64,000 nucleotides of DNA, from the NCBI RefSeq assembly GCF_006345805.1, contig NC_042997.1:170624001-170688000 (forward strand). The letters run 5' to 3'. The first letter of the stretch is position 1; each line of letters starts with the position of its first letter. The notes under the pieces are model-generated. The model searched no databases and was not told where the DNA came from. It saw only the letters and a program-made list of their open reading frames with translations. This DNA is from Octopus sinensis. Lineage: Eukaryota. Below are positions 12,521 to 23,489 of this stretch, one piece after another. The position numbers and the translations under genes were made by a program.

Positions 12521-12899
12521 TACTTCTAAATTATATTTGAATATATATATGTGTGTATGTGTTATATGTGTGCATGTAATACATATGGAAACCTATGTAG
12601 TAGAATGTAATCAAGATAAATGGAATTATTTCTCCAAAGATTGGGAAAATGATAAACAGCCTTAATTGGTTTATGAACCTTGTTGGGTTCTCAACAGAGA
12701 TGTCTAGATTCCAGGAAAATAAAGTAGCCAATATATTTATATACTCACCAGATCCAGTAGCCATAGAAAACAAGAACTACTATTTTTGTATTCTATAAGA
12801 ATTTAACACTTTATTTAATTCCATCTGCCTGTCAACGGGATATCAGTCTGCTCAGTAACAATGTATGATACAATATGTCAAATGTGTCTATGTGTAATC

Positions 12900-12901
12900 A
12901 C

Positions 12902-12941
<40 letters not shown>

Positions 12942-13325
12942 GGTTAACGTCTGTTTTCCATGCTAGCATGGGTTGGGTGGTTCGACCGGGGTCTGGGAAG
13001 CCAGGAGGCTGCGTCAGGCTCCAATCTGATCTGGCAATGTTTCTACAGCTGGATGCCCTTCCTAACGCCAACTACTCCATGAGTGTAGTGGGTGCTTTTT
13101 ATGTGCCACCAGCACAGGGGCCAGAGGAGGCTGGCAAACGGCCATGATCAGTTGGTGCTTATTACGTGTCACTGACATGGATGCCAGTCAGGTGGCGCTG
13201 GCATCAGCAACGTTCGGATGGTGCTTTTTACATGCCACCCGCACGGATATCTTAACTACGATTTCCATTTGATTTTTATTTTGATGTTGGTGTTGACGTA
13301 CTCGACTCAATAGGTCTCATAAGAC
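12900..13325 (-). mobile_element. RTE LINE 3' UTR (family D)
   Basis: (CAT)n then TTAACGTCTGTTTTCCATGCTAGC..GGATGCCCTTCCTAACGCC and subrepeats. Confidence 0.85.
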
Positions 13326-13809
13326 TTGTATTAAATATCAGACTGGAATATTTTACACCTGGCATGGAAGTGCTGGAAAAGACAGCTTGTTTTAGTATGG
13401 AAGTTCATCTTGTTAAATGCCACATGTGAAAGGTCAGACAAATCATCATCTGCATGATTTTAAGTTTCTGAAGTCATAAATTTATGGAGAATTAGTTCTT
13501 GGTGAGTGTTTCTTGTACAAATTAAAAGAGATATTTTATGAAGTTAAGAAAAAAAAGAACCTAAGCTGGCATTTTTCCAGACATGTGAAAAAAGAGATCC
13601 CTTATTTCAAAAACAGTTAGGTGTTAATAACAGGAATGGCATCCTGGTGTGAAACCAATGTTTCGGTAATGTATTTGTCTAGCCCATTCTAGCATGGGAA
13701 AACGAAGATATAGATGCATGTATATATATATATATGCATATATTTACACACAAACAGACAGTGCCAAACACACCCATTCATACGCCTGTCACTATAGCTG
13801 CTGACCTCT

Positions 13810-13834
13810 CAGAGTGACATTAACACATGCACAC

Positions 13835-13865
<31 letters not shown>

Positions 13866-14115
13866 TACGCACACACACATACGCACACACACACACACAC
13901 ACAGACTACTCACACAAACACAGACACACAGTTAATACCACACACACAAACACACAGACTACTCACAAACACAGACACACACAAACAGTTAATACCACAC
14001 AGACACACAGTTAATACCACACTACACACACACAGAGTTACCACACTACACACACACAGAGTTACCATCACACACACACACACATGCTACCATACATACA
14101 CATGCTATCACACGC
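13810..14115. repeat. CA-rich minisatellite mosaic
   Basis: Recurrent CACAGTTAATACCACAC and CAGACTACTCACA units among (CA)n. Confidence 0.8.
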
Positions 14116-15254
14116 ATCGGCCATACTCAAATGGTGCTTTTTAGATGCCACCTGCACAGGAGCCAGTCCGGCGACACTGCAATGATCATGCTCAAATGGT
14201 AGTTTTTATGTGCCACCAGCACAGGAGCCAGTCAGTGGCCCTGGCAATGATCATGCTCGAATGGTGCTTTTAACATTCCACTGGCATGGTTGCCAATCAG
14301 GTGGTACTGTCATCAGCCACAGCAATGATTTCACTTGCCTCAGCAGGTCTTTGCAAGTGTAGTTTATTGTCCAATGATTGAAGGGTACTCTTAAATGGGC
14401 TGGTTATACAGCACTGGCATATACCATGGTTATGGTCTCACTTGGTTTGCTGGGTCTTCTCAAGCACAGCATATCTGCAAATGTCTCGGTCACTTTTCAT
14501 TGCCTTGGTGCGGACCAATGTTCAAAGGTCGTGCTTCACCACCCCATCCCAGGTCTTCTTGGGTCTACCTCTTCTGCAGGTTCCCTCAACTGCTAGGGTG
14601 TGACGCTTTTCACACAGCTGTCCTCATCCATTCACAACACATGACTGTACCAGCGCAGTCGTTTCTCTTGCACACCACATCAGATGCTTCTTAGGTCCAA
14701 CTTTTCTCTCAGGGCGCTTACACTCTGTCATGTATGCACACTGACATTAAACATCCAGTGGAGCATACTGGCTTCATTCCTTGCAAGCTTACGCATGTCC
14801 TCAGCAGTCACGGCCCATATTTCACTGCCATGTAGCGTGGTTATTTGTACACATGCATCATACAGTTTACCATTTACTCTGAGTGAGAGGCCCTTTGTCA
14901 TCAGCAGCAGTAGGAGTTCTCTGAACTTTGCCCAGGCTATTCTTATTCTAGCAGCTACACTTTCAGAGCATCCACCCCTGCTACTGACTTGCTTGCCTAT
15001 CAACTACTTGTAGTTTTGCTCCCTGGAATGTGACGGAAGCTGTCCTCTGAACATTTTCAGTGTTTATTGCTCCTGAGCATTTGCCGCATACAAAAACTAT
15101 CTTCCCAGTTAGCCTTCCTTTGATATCGTTGCACCTCTTATGTGTCCATAGCTTACACCAGGTACATCTTATGGAGTTTCTACCTACGCCTTTTCTACAG
15201 ATTAAGCAGCGTCATCTACCTGAAGGGATTTGTGGTTTGTCTGCCTTCCTACTT

Positions 15255-15655
<401 letters not shown>

Positions 15656-16386
15656 TCTTAAGCAATCCTTGAATTGCCTAAAAGGTTTTTCTTTCCAATT
15701 CTTCAACTGTGATTATTCTGGTTTTTCTTTTCTTTTTCTTTTTCTTTTTTTTTTTTTAGATATGGATTTAGAGATTTCCTCACATTAGTTAAGAACAAAT
15801 GTTTTCCAACCGTGTTCATTCTCTGAAATTATGAAATCCAAATTTCAACACAATGAATGACAATATTAAATAAAATTGATAAGAGAAGAATATGAATCAA
15901 AATCAAATGTAACAAATGATGTATGATAAAACAATTTCATTTATATTACTGCAATGAAACACATTTGAAAGATTTGAATAAGAAACTTTGATTCCACAAA
16001 ACGAGATGGTTCATCACAGTTGGAGCTCATTCATTCTTACAGCTGTTTGATAAATTGGTAAATAAATTCTGATTCTTTGTTGACTTCACTGTTGAAATCG
16101 CTAACATTTTTTTTTTGTGTGTGCAAGCACGAAGAACAAAATGAAACAGATTGATTTGTTTTGGTTTTGTGGAATTTCTATTTCAGACAGTAAAGTAAAG
16201 AATGCAACAAATGAAAGCACAAATATAGACAACTTTGTATTATTTGCTGTACTCATCTGACACAGTTGCATGCCAATACACAGCTAAGGCAACTGAACTT
16301 CCTATTGTCACATAGTCCAAGCAGCCCTAATGGATATCCTATATCATATGTATATATGATTTTTCAGGACTGTTATTTGCATATTT

Positions 16387-16433
<47 letters not shown>

Positions 16434-16666
16434 TGTATGTATCTCTATCTGTCTGTCTGTCTATATATATTCATACTGGAGTAAACACATAAATGTGAAA
16501 CAAGGTGGAAAAAAGAGTACTCAAATACCAGTGGTAGAGTAATATGCTTTATTTATCGCTCGAAAATTGACCGTTATTTGTAAAGGACCAATCAAACAAG
16601 TCCATTTTTAAAGGTGTAGCGTTTATACTAGTCTTGATAGAATTGACATATCGGTTCTATTCTAGC

Positions 16667-16714
16667 AAAAACTCTCCGACGAACGGGAATGTGAAACTCA
16701 GAGTAACAGGTTTT
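16667..16714 (+). ncRNA. Degenerate minimal hammerhead-like motif (Penelope-type terminus)
   Basis: CCGACGA-ACG GGAA TGT-GAAA-CT CAG AG-TA; stem I imperfect. Confidence 0.5.
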
Positions 16715-16835
16715 GTTGAATTTTCTGCTGCTTTTAAATAAGGTATATATATTCATATACACATATACATACATACATGTACACACACTTTCATACATAT
16801 ATATATAGACATACATACATAATATGTATGTATGG

Positions 16836-17155
16836 TGGCACGTAAAAAGCATCATCCGAATCGTGGCTGAAGTCAGTGCTGCCGCGACCGGCTTCCGTGC
16901 CGGTGGCACGTAAATGCACCATCCGACTGTGGTCATTGCCAGCCTCGCCTGGCACCTGTGCAGGTGGCACGTAAAAAGCACCCACTACACTCACGGAGTG
17001 GTTGGCGTTAGGAAGGGCATTCAGCTGTAGAAACATTGCCAGATAAGACTGGAGCCTGGTGCAGCCTTCTGGCTTCCCAGATCCCCGGTCGAACCATCCA
17101 ACCCATGCTAGCATGGAGAACGGACGTTAAACGATGATGATGATGATGATGATGT
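16836..17155 (+). mobile_element. RTE LINE 3' UTR (family D)
   Basis: Subrepeats plus GGTTGGCGTTAGGAAGGGCATTCAGCTG..GGACGTTAAAC(GAT)n. Confidence 0.9.
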
Positions 17156-18175
17156 ATGTTTATGCAAGTGTGTGTATGCATGTGTAAATGAGTGGAGGTA
17201 GAGGTTAATGTAGGTTAATGCATGATAAATAAGGCTGGGATTGCATGTGATGGGAACCGGTATGTAGAGGGGTAAGGTGAGGGATGTGTGAGTAGCTCAG
17301 GAAAGAAGATAGAACAGAATGTAGCAGAATGATGTACTAGGTGTAGGAGATGTGAAGAATTTAGATACAGGGATATATAAAGGGATACAGTAGGTGGGTC
17401 ATGATGGCAGATATGGGAGGGCACTGAGAATGATAACAGATAAGAGAAGTGTTTGGAATGGAGTATAACAGAGGAGAGAAAGAGCAGCGAATGAAGGCAT
17501 GGAAAAGAAGTGATTGGCTGAAGTAGTGTAAGCAGGGATGATGAGGAATGGAAGTAGTTCCAGGAGGAAAGGGGACCGTCTGGGAGAGAATAGGATGTAA
17601 TATGTGCAATACTGCTCTTAGGTGATTACAGTAGCTATATATTGTGCCATAGATGGGAGGGGGTAAGAGTGGAAGAGGAATGTTTGATGTGTTGAGAGGG
17701 GGGATAGAGGAAAGGGACAGGACTTTTCATGTGAAAGCATAACTGAGTACTTTTAAGAAATCATTTTTGCTGTAAGGGGTGGTTTTCTTGAGCACAGCAA
17801 AATGCCAATCATAATGGTTCTTCGTCATCTCCTCTGTAAGACTCAAAAACTTGAGATCATCCCATATCTTCGTAGGTTTCCTTCCTCCATGGGTCCCTTC
17901 CAGTTTAAAGCAATCTGCACTACTTTATGTAGCTGTCCTCAACCATATACATCACATGAACAAACAAGCGCAGACTTCTCTCTTGCATGCTATATATATA
18001 TATATGTGTGTGTGTGTGTATACACACACACACTTTCATAGATATACACATGCATACAATATACATACATGCATACATATATTGGGGGAGAGTTCACGAA
18101 AAAAACAAAAGATGAAGACAGGTGGTGTACAAAACAAACAGATGTATTAGTATAACGCTCAGGAATTGAAAAAGT

Positions 18176-18211
18176 CTTTTACGTTTCGAGCCTATGCTCT
18201 TCTACAGAAAG
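18176..18211 (-). ncRNA. Degenerate minimal hammerhead-like motif
   Basis: CTTT-CTGTAGA-A-GAGC ATAG GCTC-GAAAC-GTA-AAAG; core position A6 is U. Confidence 0.5.
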
Positions 18212-18262
18212 TGACACAGAAAAAACAAGGAGAGAAACAAGGAGGGAAAAAAAATGTGTGTA

Positions 18263-18432
18263 AGGGTGTCCCAAAAGACAAATAAATGCATGAAATTTTG
18301 ATAAAATCTGAAAAGAAAGGGAAAAGGCTAAATAACTAATTTCCACGATGTCCTTTATATTGTATCAAAGTTTCATGCATTTATTTGTATAAAGTTAAAA
18401 ATTGAAACCCATCAGTGACTTTTGAGACAGCC
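18263..18432. mobile_element. Tc1/mariner-type MITE
   Basis: TA-flanked imperfect TIRs AGGGTGTCCCAAAAG / CTTTTGAGACAGCC and inner IR AAATAAATGCATGAAATTTTGATA / TATCAAAGTTTCATGCATTTATTT. Confidence 0.7.
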
Positions 18433-18447
18433 TATATAAACATACAT

Positions 18448-18765
18448 ATTAGAGTGTTGGGCTCACAAACATGAGTTACTGAGTTTGAATCTAGGATCAG
18501 GATGTGTGCTGTTCTTGAGCATGACACTTTATTTCATGTTGCTCCAGTTCACTCAGCTGTGGAAATAAGCTGTGACTTCACTAGTGTCAAGCTGTATCGG
18601 CCTCTGTTTTTCCCTTGGATAACATCAGCGGCATGGAGAAGGGAGGCTGGAATGCATGGGCAACTGCTGGTCTTCCATAAACAACCTTGCACGGACTTGT
18701 GCCTCAGAGGGTAACTCTCTAGGTGCAATTTCATGGTCATTCATGAATGAAGGGGGTCTTTACAT
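18448..18765 (+). mobile_element. Decayed tRNA/CORE SINE (C2-like head, different tail)
   Basis: TTCTTGAGCATGACACTTTATTTCATGTTGCTCCAGTTCACTCAGCTG shared with 9813-10133 and 43768-43920. Confidence 0.7.
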
Positions 18766-18812
18766 ATATATATATATATGGAATAATTACTATGAAGCAT
18801 TGTGTAGAATAT

Positions 18813-19058
18813 ATTGTACAAAAGATCGTGGGTAAGGCCAAAACAATGCAAGGTAAATCACAAGAAAACAAATATGTGAATTACTGTAGACTTACCTTGT
18901 ATTCAATATTTCGGGGTTATGACTCCATTTTCAAGAAACTGATGAATGTTGCTGATGTGCATTCACACACATGCACATTAATTCACATATTTGTTTTCTT
19001 GTGATTTACCTTGCATTTACCTCGCATTGTTTTGACTTTACCCACAATCTTTTATACA

Positions 19059-19060
<2 letters not shown>
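18813..19060. repeat. Inverted repeat with ~70-bp arms around a degenerate hammerhead-like loop
   Basis: 18813-18883 vs 18979-19060 (one 11-bp local duplication, few mismatches). Confidence 0.85.
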
Positions 19061-19104
<44 letters not shown>

Positions 19105-19108
19105 TTAA

Positions 19109-19330
19109 CCCTTTCGATACCAACCTGGCTGAAACTGCCCCTGGCTCTGTAGCACAAATGTCTTGTTTTCATAAGTTTTGATTTAAAATCTTCCACCAAA
19201 CTTTTGTCACAATTTATGTTCCTAACACCAGCTTAATGATAACTAAGTTATTTTACTAAATTCTTTTTTATATTTAAAATTAATTGAAAGAAACACAGAG
19301 CATCTCAAAATAAATACGGTAACAAAAGGG
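19109..19330. mobile_element. piggyBac-type MITE
   Basis: TTAA-CCCTTT...AAAGGG-TTGA ends; second copy at 52836-53024. Confidence 0.8.
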
Positions 19331-20225
19331 TTGAAACTATCTCAGCCTCATCACCAGGATATGAAGTGTTGTTGTCTTTTGTACAGCTTCTTTTATTGTG
19401 AGCAATTTTTGTTAATGCGGGTTTTTGTTCCAGATTTTGGCAGTACCATGTCATATAGCACATATTTTGGCTGCTGAAGTCATACATCATCAGTTTCATG
19501 CTTTCAAATTCAGGTGAGGGATCTTGCCAAAGGCTTTCTCCATATTGACAAATACCAAGTGCAGTGGTTTACTTTTGACTAAATACTCCTCTTGCAGTTG
19601 ACTTACAAGAAAGAAAATATCAGTGGTATATCCCAGGCACAAAATCAAACCACAATTTATCTAGCTTAATTCTCTTCCTAATTAATTGATCTATAACTCT
19701 TTCTTGTACCTATCATGACCTTGTCTATCAATTTGATAACTCTGTAATTACTTCTTAAGGTAGTTCCTTTATCCTTGTACAGTTATTGACTATAATACTG
19801 CTACATCAGTTATTGGGTTGTACGTATATAAATATATACATTTACATATACCTATCTATACATATTCGATCTAAAGGGTTCTTTAACTCAATATTTACTT
19901 ACTATTATTCATTGCTTTATCTTCTCCAAGTTCTTCAGATGATAAAGAAAAAAAATATATGCACATACACACACATATGTAAACACACAGATTTATAGGA
20001 CTTGGTTGTTTGCTTTGCAACCATATGGCTTTAGCTTCAGTTGCCACCATGTGATACATACATATGTATACTCTAGGTGTATGAGTCATTCTGTAACTTC
20101 TGCTGTTTCTTAATAATATATATATACATATATACTCACACATATATACATCTGTGTGAGTGTATATATATATACATACATACATACAAATACACACACA
20201 CACACATATATACATCTGTGTGTGC

Positions 20226-20286
<61 letters not shown>

Positions 20287-20325
20287 TAAATATATGAAAG
20301 AATGGAGCTGAAGGACGAATTAACA

Positions 20326-20430
20326 AAATTCCTTTATTTTCGACATATGTTTCGAAGGCTGCATATTCCTAATTACGAAGGAATAAGGAGTACATTATGC
20401 CACTTTCTCATCAGGAAAAGCAAGGAACTT
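20326..20430 (-). ncRNA. Type I hammerhead ribozyme, family 1 (predicted cleavage between 20342 and 20341)
   Basis: Exact reverse complement of 20735-20839. Confidence 0.85.
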
Positions 20431-20734
20431 ACGTCAACATCAAAATGCACAAAAAACTTTCAGATGATTGCTCACATGGAGCCCATAGCGGTAATGATTA
20501 CCGCTATGGGCTCCATGTGAGCAATCATCTGAAAGTTTTTTGTGCATATGCCACTTTCTCATCAGGAAAAGCAAGTTCCTTGCTTTTCCTGATGAGAAAG
20601 TGGCATATGCACAAAAAACTTTCAGATGATTGCTCACATGGAGCCCATAGCGGTAATCATTACCGCTATGGGCTCCATGTGAGCAATCATCTGAAAGTTT
20701 TTTGTGCATATGCCACTTTCTCATCAGGAAAAGC

Positions 20735-20839
20735 AAGTTCCTTGCTTTTCCTGATGAGAAAGTGGCATAATGTACTCCTTATTCCTTCGTAATTAGGAAT
20801 ATGCAGCCTTCGAAACATATGTCGAAAATAAAGGAATTT
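20735..20839 (+). ncRNA. Type I hammerhead ribozyme, family 1 (predicted cleavage after C20823)
   Basis: Stem I AAGTTCCTT-GC-TTTTC / GAAAA-TA-AAGGAATTT; CTGATGA 20751-20757; stem II GAAAGTGGCATA/TATGCAGCCTTC; GAAA 20812-20815; palindromic stem III ACATATGT; GUC triplet. Confidence 0.88.
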
Positions 20840-21002
20840 TGTTAATTCGTCCTTCAGCTCCATTCTTTCATATATTTATATTTTTAAACATACAAATTTC
20901 CACACGAAAGCACGTAAACGTGTTTTTTCTGATGTCAATTTGCTACCCAGGTATCGGTTAATTCGAATTATCCTTAATAAGATAATTCATTCAACTACTC
21001 AA

Positions 21003-21039
<37 letters not shown>

Positions 21040-21178
21040 ATATAGAAATATATATATATATATATAAATATATACATACATACATACATACACGCACACA
21101 CATGCACACTCACACATGTACACACACACATGCACACACACACACATATATTATCCAAAATGTACAGTATTATATATC

Positions 21179-21282
21179 CATCATGGCTGATCTTACTAAT
21201 CAGTTTCACACTAGGAATACAATGAAGTGTTAGGTAACAATCCAATTATGTCGCCTTACACTCATCAGAGTTAGTTGATATG
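21179..21282 (-). ncRNA. Hammerhead-like motif, family 2 (GUA triplet, predicted cleavage between 21194 and 21193)
   Basis: CTGATGA (21268-21262) ..54 nt.. GAAA-CTGATTAG-TA-AGATCAG; stem III ACT/AGT; stem II closure ambiguous. Confidence 0.55.
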
Positions 21283-21293
21283 AAAAAGAATTC

Positions 21294-21397
21294 CATATCA
21301 GCTAACTCTGATGAGTGTAAAGTTATATAATTTGATTGTTACCTAACACTTCATTGTATTCCTAGTGTGAAACCGATTGGAAAGATCAGCCATGATG
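21294..21397 (+). ncRNA. Hammerhead-like motif, family 2, probably inactive
   Basis: CTGATGA 21308-21314, GAAA 21369-21372, but U16.1 is replaced by A (GGA-A). Confidence 0.45.
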
Positions 21398-21492
21398 TAC
21401 ATTTCGGATAATATACCCACTCTATTGACAGATATATGAGTATCTTTTCTCTGACTTATGGACTATTAGATTATTCATGCGTATATATATAT

Positions 21493-21534
<42 letters not shown>

Positions 21535-21573
21535 TAAATATATGAAAGAATGGAGCTGAAGGACGAATTAACA

Positions 21574-21677
21574 AAATTCCTTTATTTTCGACATATGTTT
21601 CGAAGGCTGCATATTCCTAATTACGAAGGAATAAGGAGTACATTATGCACTTTCTCATCAGGAAAAGCAAGGAACTT
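21574..21677 (-). ncRNA. Type I hammerhead ribozyme, family 1 (cleavage between 21590 and 21589)
   Basis: Same as 20326-20430 with a 1-nt deletion in stem II. Confidence 0.8.
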
Positions 21678-21818
21678 ACGTCAACATCAAAATGCACAAA
21701 AAACTTTCAGATGATTGCTCACATGGAGCCCATAGCGGTATGATTACCGCTATGGGCTCCATGTGAGCAATCATCTGAAAGTTTTTTGTGCATATGCCAC
21801 TTTCTCATCAGGAAAAGC

Positions 21819-21923
21819 AAGTTCCTTGCTTTTCCTGATGAGAAAGTGGCATAATGTACTCCTTATTCCTTCGTAATTAGGAATATGCAGCCTTCGAAAC
21901 ATATGTCGAAAATAAAGGAATTT
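21819..21923 (+). ncRNA. Type I hammerhead ribozyme, family 1 (cleavage after C21907)
   Basis: Identical to 20735-20839; CTGATGA 21835-21841, GAAA 21896-21899. Confidence 0.88.
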
Positions 21924-22083
21924 TGTTAATTCGTCCTTCAGCTCCATTCTTTCATATATTTATATTTTTAAACATACAAATTTCCACACGAAAGCACGTA
22001 AACGTGTTTTTTCTGATGTCAATTTGCTACCCAGGTATCGGTTAATTCGAATTATCCTTAATAAGATAATTCATTCAACTACT

Positions 22084-22137
<54 letters not shown>

Positions 22138-22233
22138 TATATATATATATATAAATATATACATACATACATACATACACGCACACACATGCACACTCAC
22201 ACATGTACACACACACATGCACACACACACACA

Positions 22234-22502
22234 TATATTATCCAAAATGTACAGTATTATATATCCATCATGGCTGATCTTACTAATCAGTTTCACACTA
22301 GGAATACAATGAAGTGTTAGGTAACAATCCAATTATGTCGCCTTACACTCATCAGAGTTAGTTGATATGAAAAAGAATTCCATATCAGCTAACTCTGATG
22401 AGTGTAAAGTTATATAATTTGATTGTTACCTAACACTTCATTGTATTCCTAGTGTGAAACCGATTGGAAAGATCAGCCATGATGTACATTTCGGATAATA
22501 TA
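22234..22502. repeat. Second copy of the 270-bp hairpin carrying two family 2 hammerhead-like cores
   Basis: Same sequence as 21147-21415, offset 1087. Confidence 0.9.
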
Positions 22503-22567
22503 CCCACTCTATTGACAGATATATGAGTATCTTTTCTCTGACTTATGGACTATTAGATTATTCATGC

Positions 22568-22603
<36 letters not shown>

Positions 22604-22604
22604 T

Positions 22605-22890
22605 TTTATTCTTTTACTTGTTTCAGTAATTTGACTGAGGCCATGCTGAAGCACTGCCTTAAAAGGTTTTTTAGTCAAAGAAATCAACTCCAGGACTTTT
22701 CTTTGTAAGCCTAGTACTTATTCTACCAGTCTCTTTTGCCTAAACACTATGTTATGGGAAGATATAAACACATCAACATCGGTTGTCAAGCAATGGTAGG
22801 GGGACAAACGATGTCACAAAGACACATAGATATATGCATGTATATGTATATATATATATATCTGATGGGCTTCTTTCAGTTTCTGTTTAT
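22605..22890 (-). mobile_element. SINE family B, 5'-truncated
   Basis: Family B tail and middle in reverse complement. Confidence 0.75.
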
Positions 22891-22899
22891 ACATACTTT

Positions 22900-23225
<326 letters not shown>

Positions 23226-23489
23226 AATGCATGTATGCATTTGAGTTATAACTATCATATCTAGTCATCTGGTACATTAAACCTCTGAAAAGTAGCCTCC
23301 TAGTCAACTCTGGTAAATATCTTAACTGCTGGGTTGCACCTTATAATGCAATGAAGAGTAATAAATAACAGATATTAAAAGAAAATGAATTATTGAACTT
23401 TTTTTGCTCAAGCAACTGTAGTTCAACTGGTTTCTTTCTATCAAAATGATCTCGATTATATAGTGTAAGAGTTCCTATTTTTCTCTGCA

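Larger units (their letters stand above)
21147..21415. repeat. ~270-bp imperfect hairpin whose arms are hammerhead family 2 modules
   Basis: Arms TATATTATCCAAAATGTACA..GATATG / CATATC..TGTACATTTCGGATAATATA with 11-nt loop 21283-21293. Confidence 0.9.
20280..22568. repeat. Tandem dimer of a palindrome- and hammerhead-rich unit (20280-21481; 21528-22568)
   Basis: Near-identical units separated by (TA)n; unit 1 has an extra ~160-bp internal inverted segment. Confidence 0.95.

Noticed and set aside
16190-16255. Plus-strand exon SKVKNATNESTNIDNF
   Set aside because: Good acceptor but no convincing donor before the stop; no homology recognised.
17200-17720. Decayed I/Nimb/L2-type LINE fragments (also 44200-44400, 49850-50050, 54520-54780)
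   Set aside because: Composition is suggestive but I could not read a diagnostic RT motif; needs a TE blastx search.
20446-20546. Pre-miRNA interpretation of the 50-bp hairpin
   Set aside because: A perfect stem with a 1-nt loop indicates inverted duplication; no known miRNA seed recognised.
20302-20792. ORFs inside the palindrome (131 aa and 98 aa)
   Set aside because: Both strands give the same repeated peptide because of the symmetry; no domain recognised.
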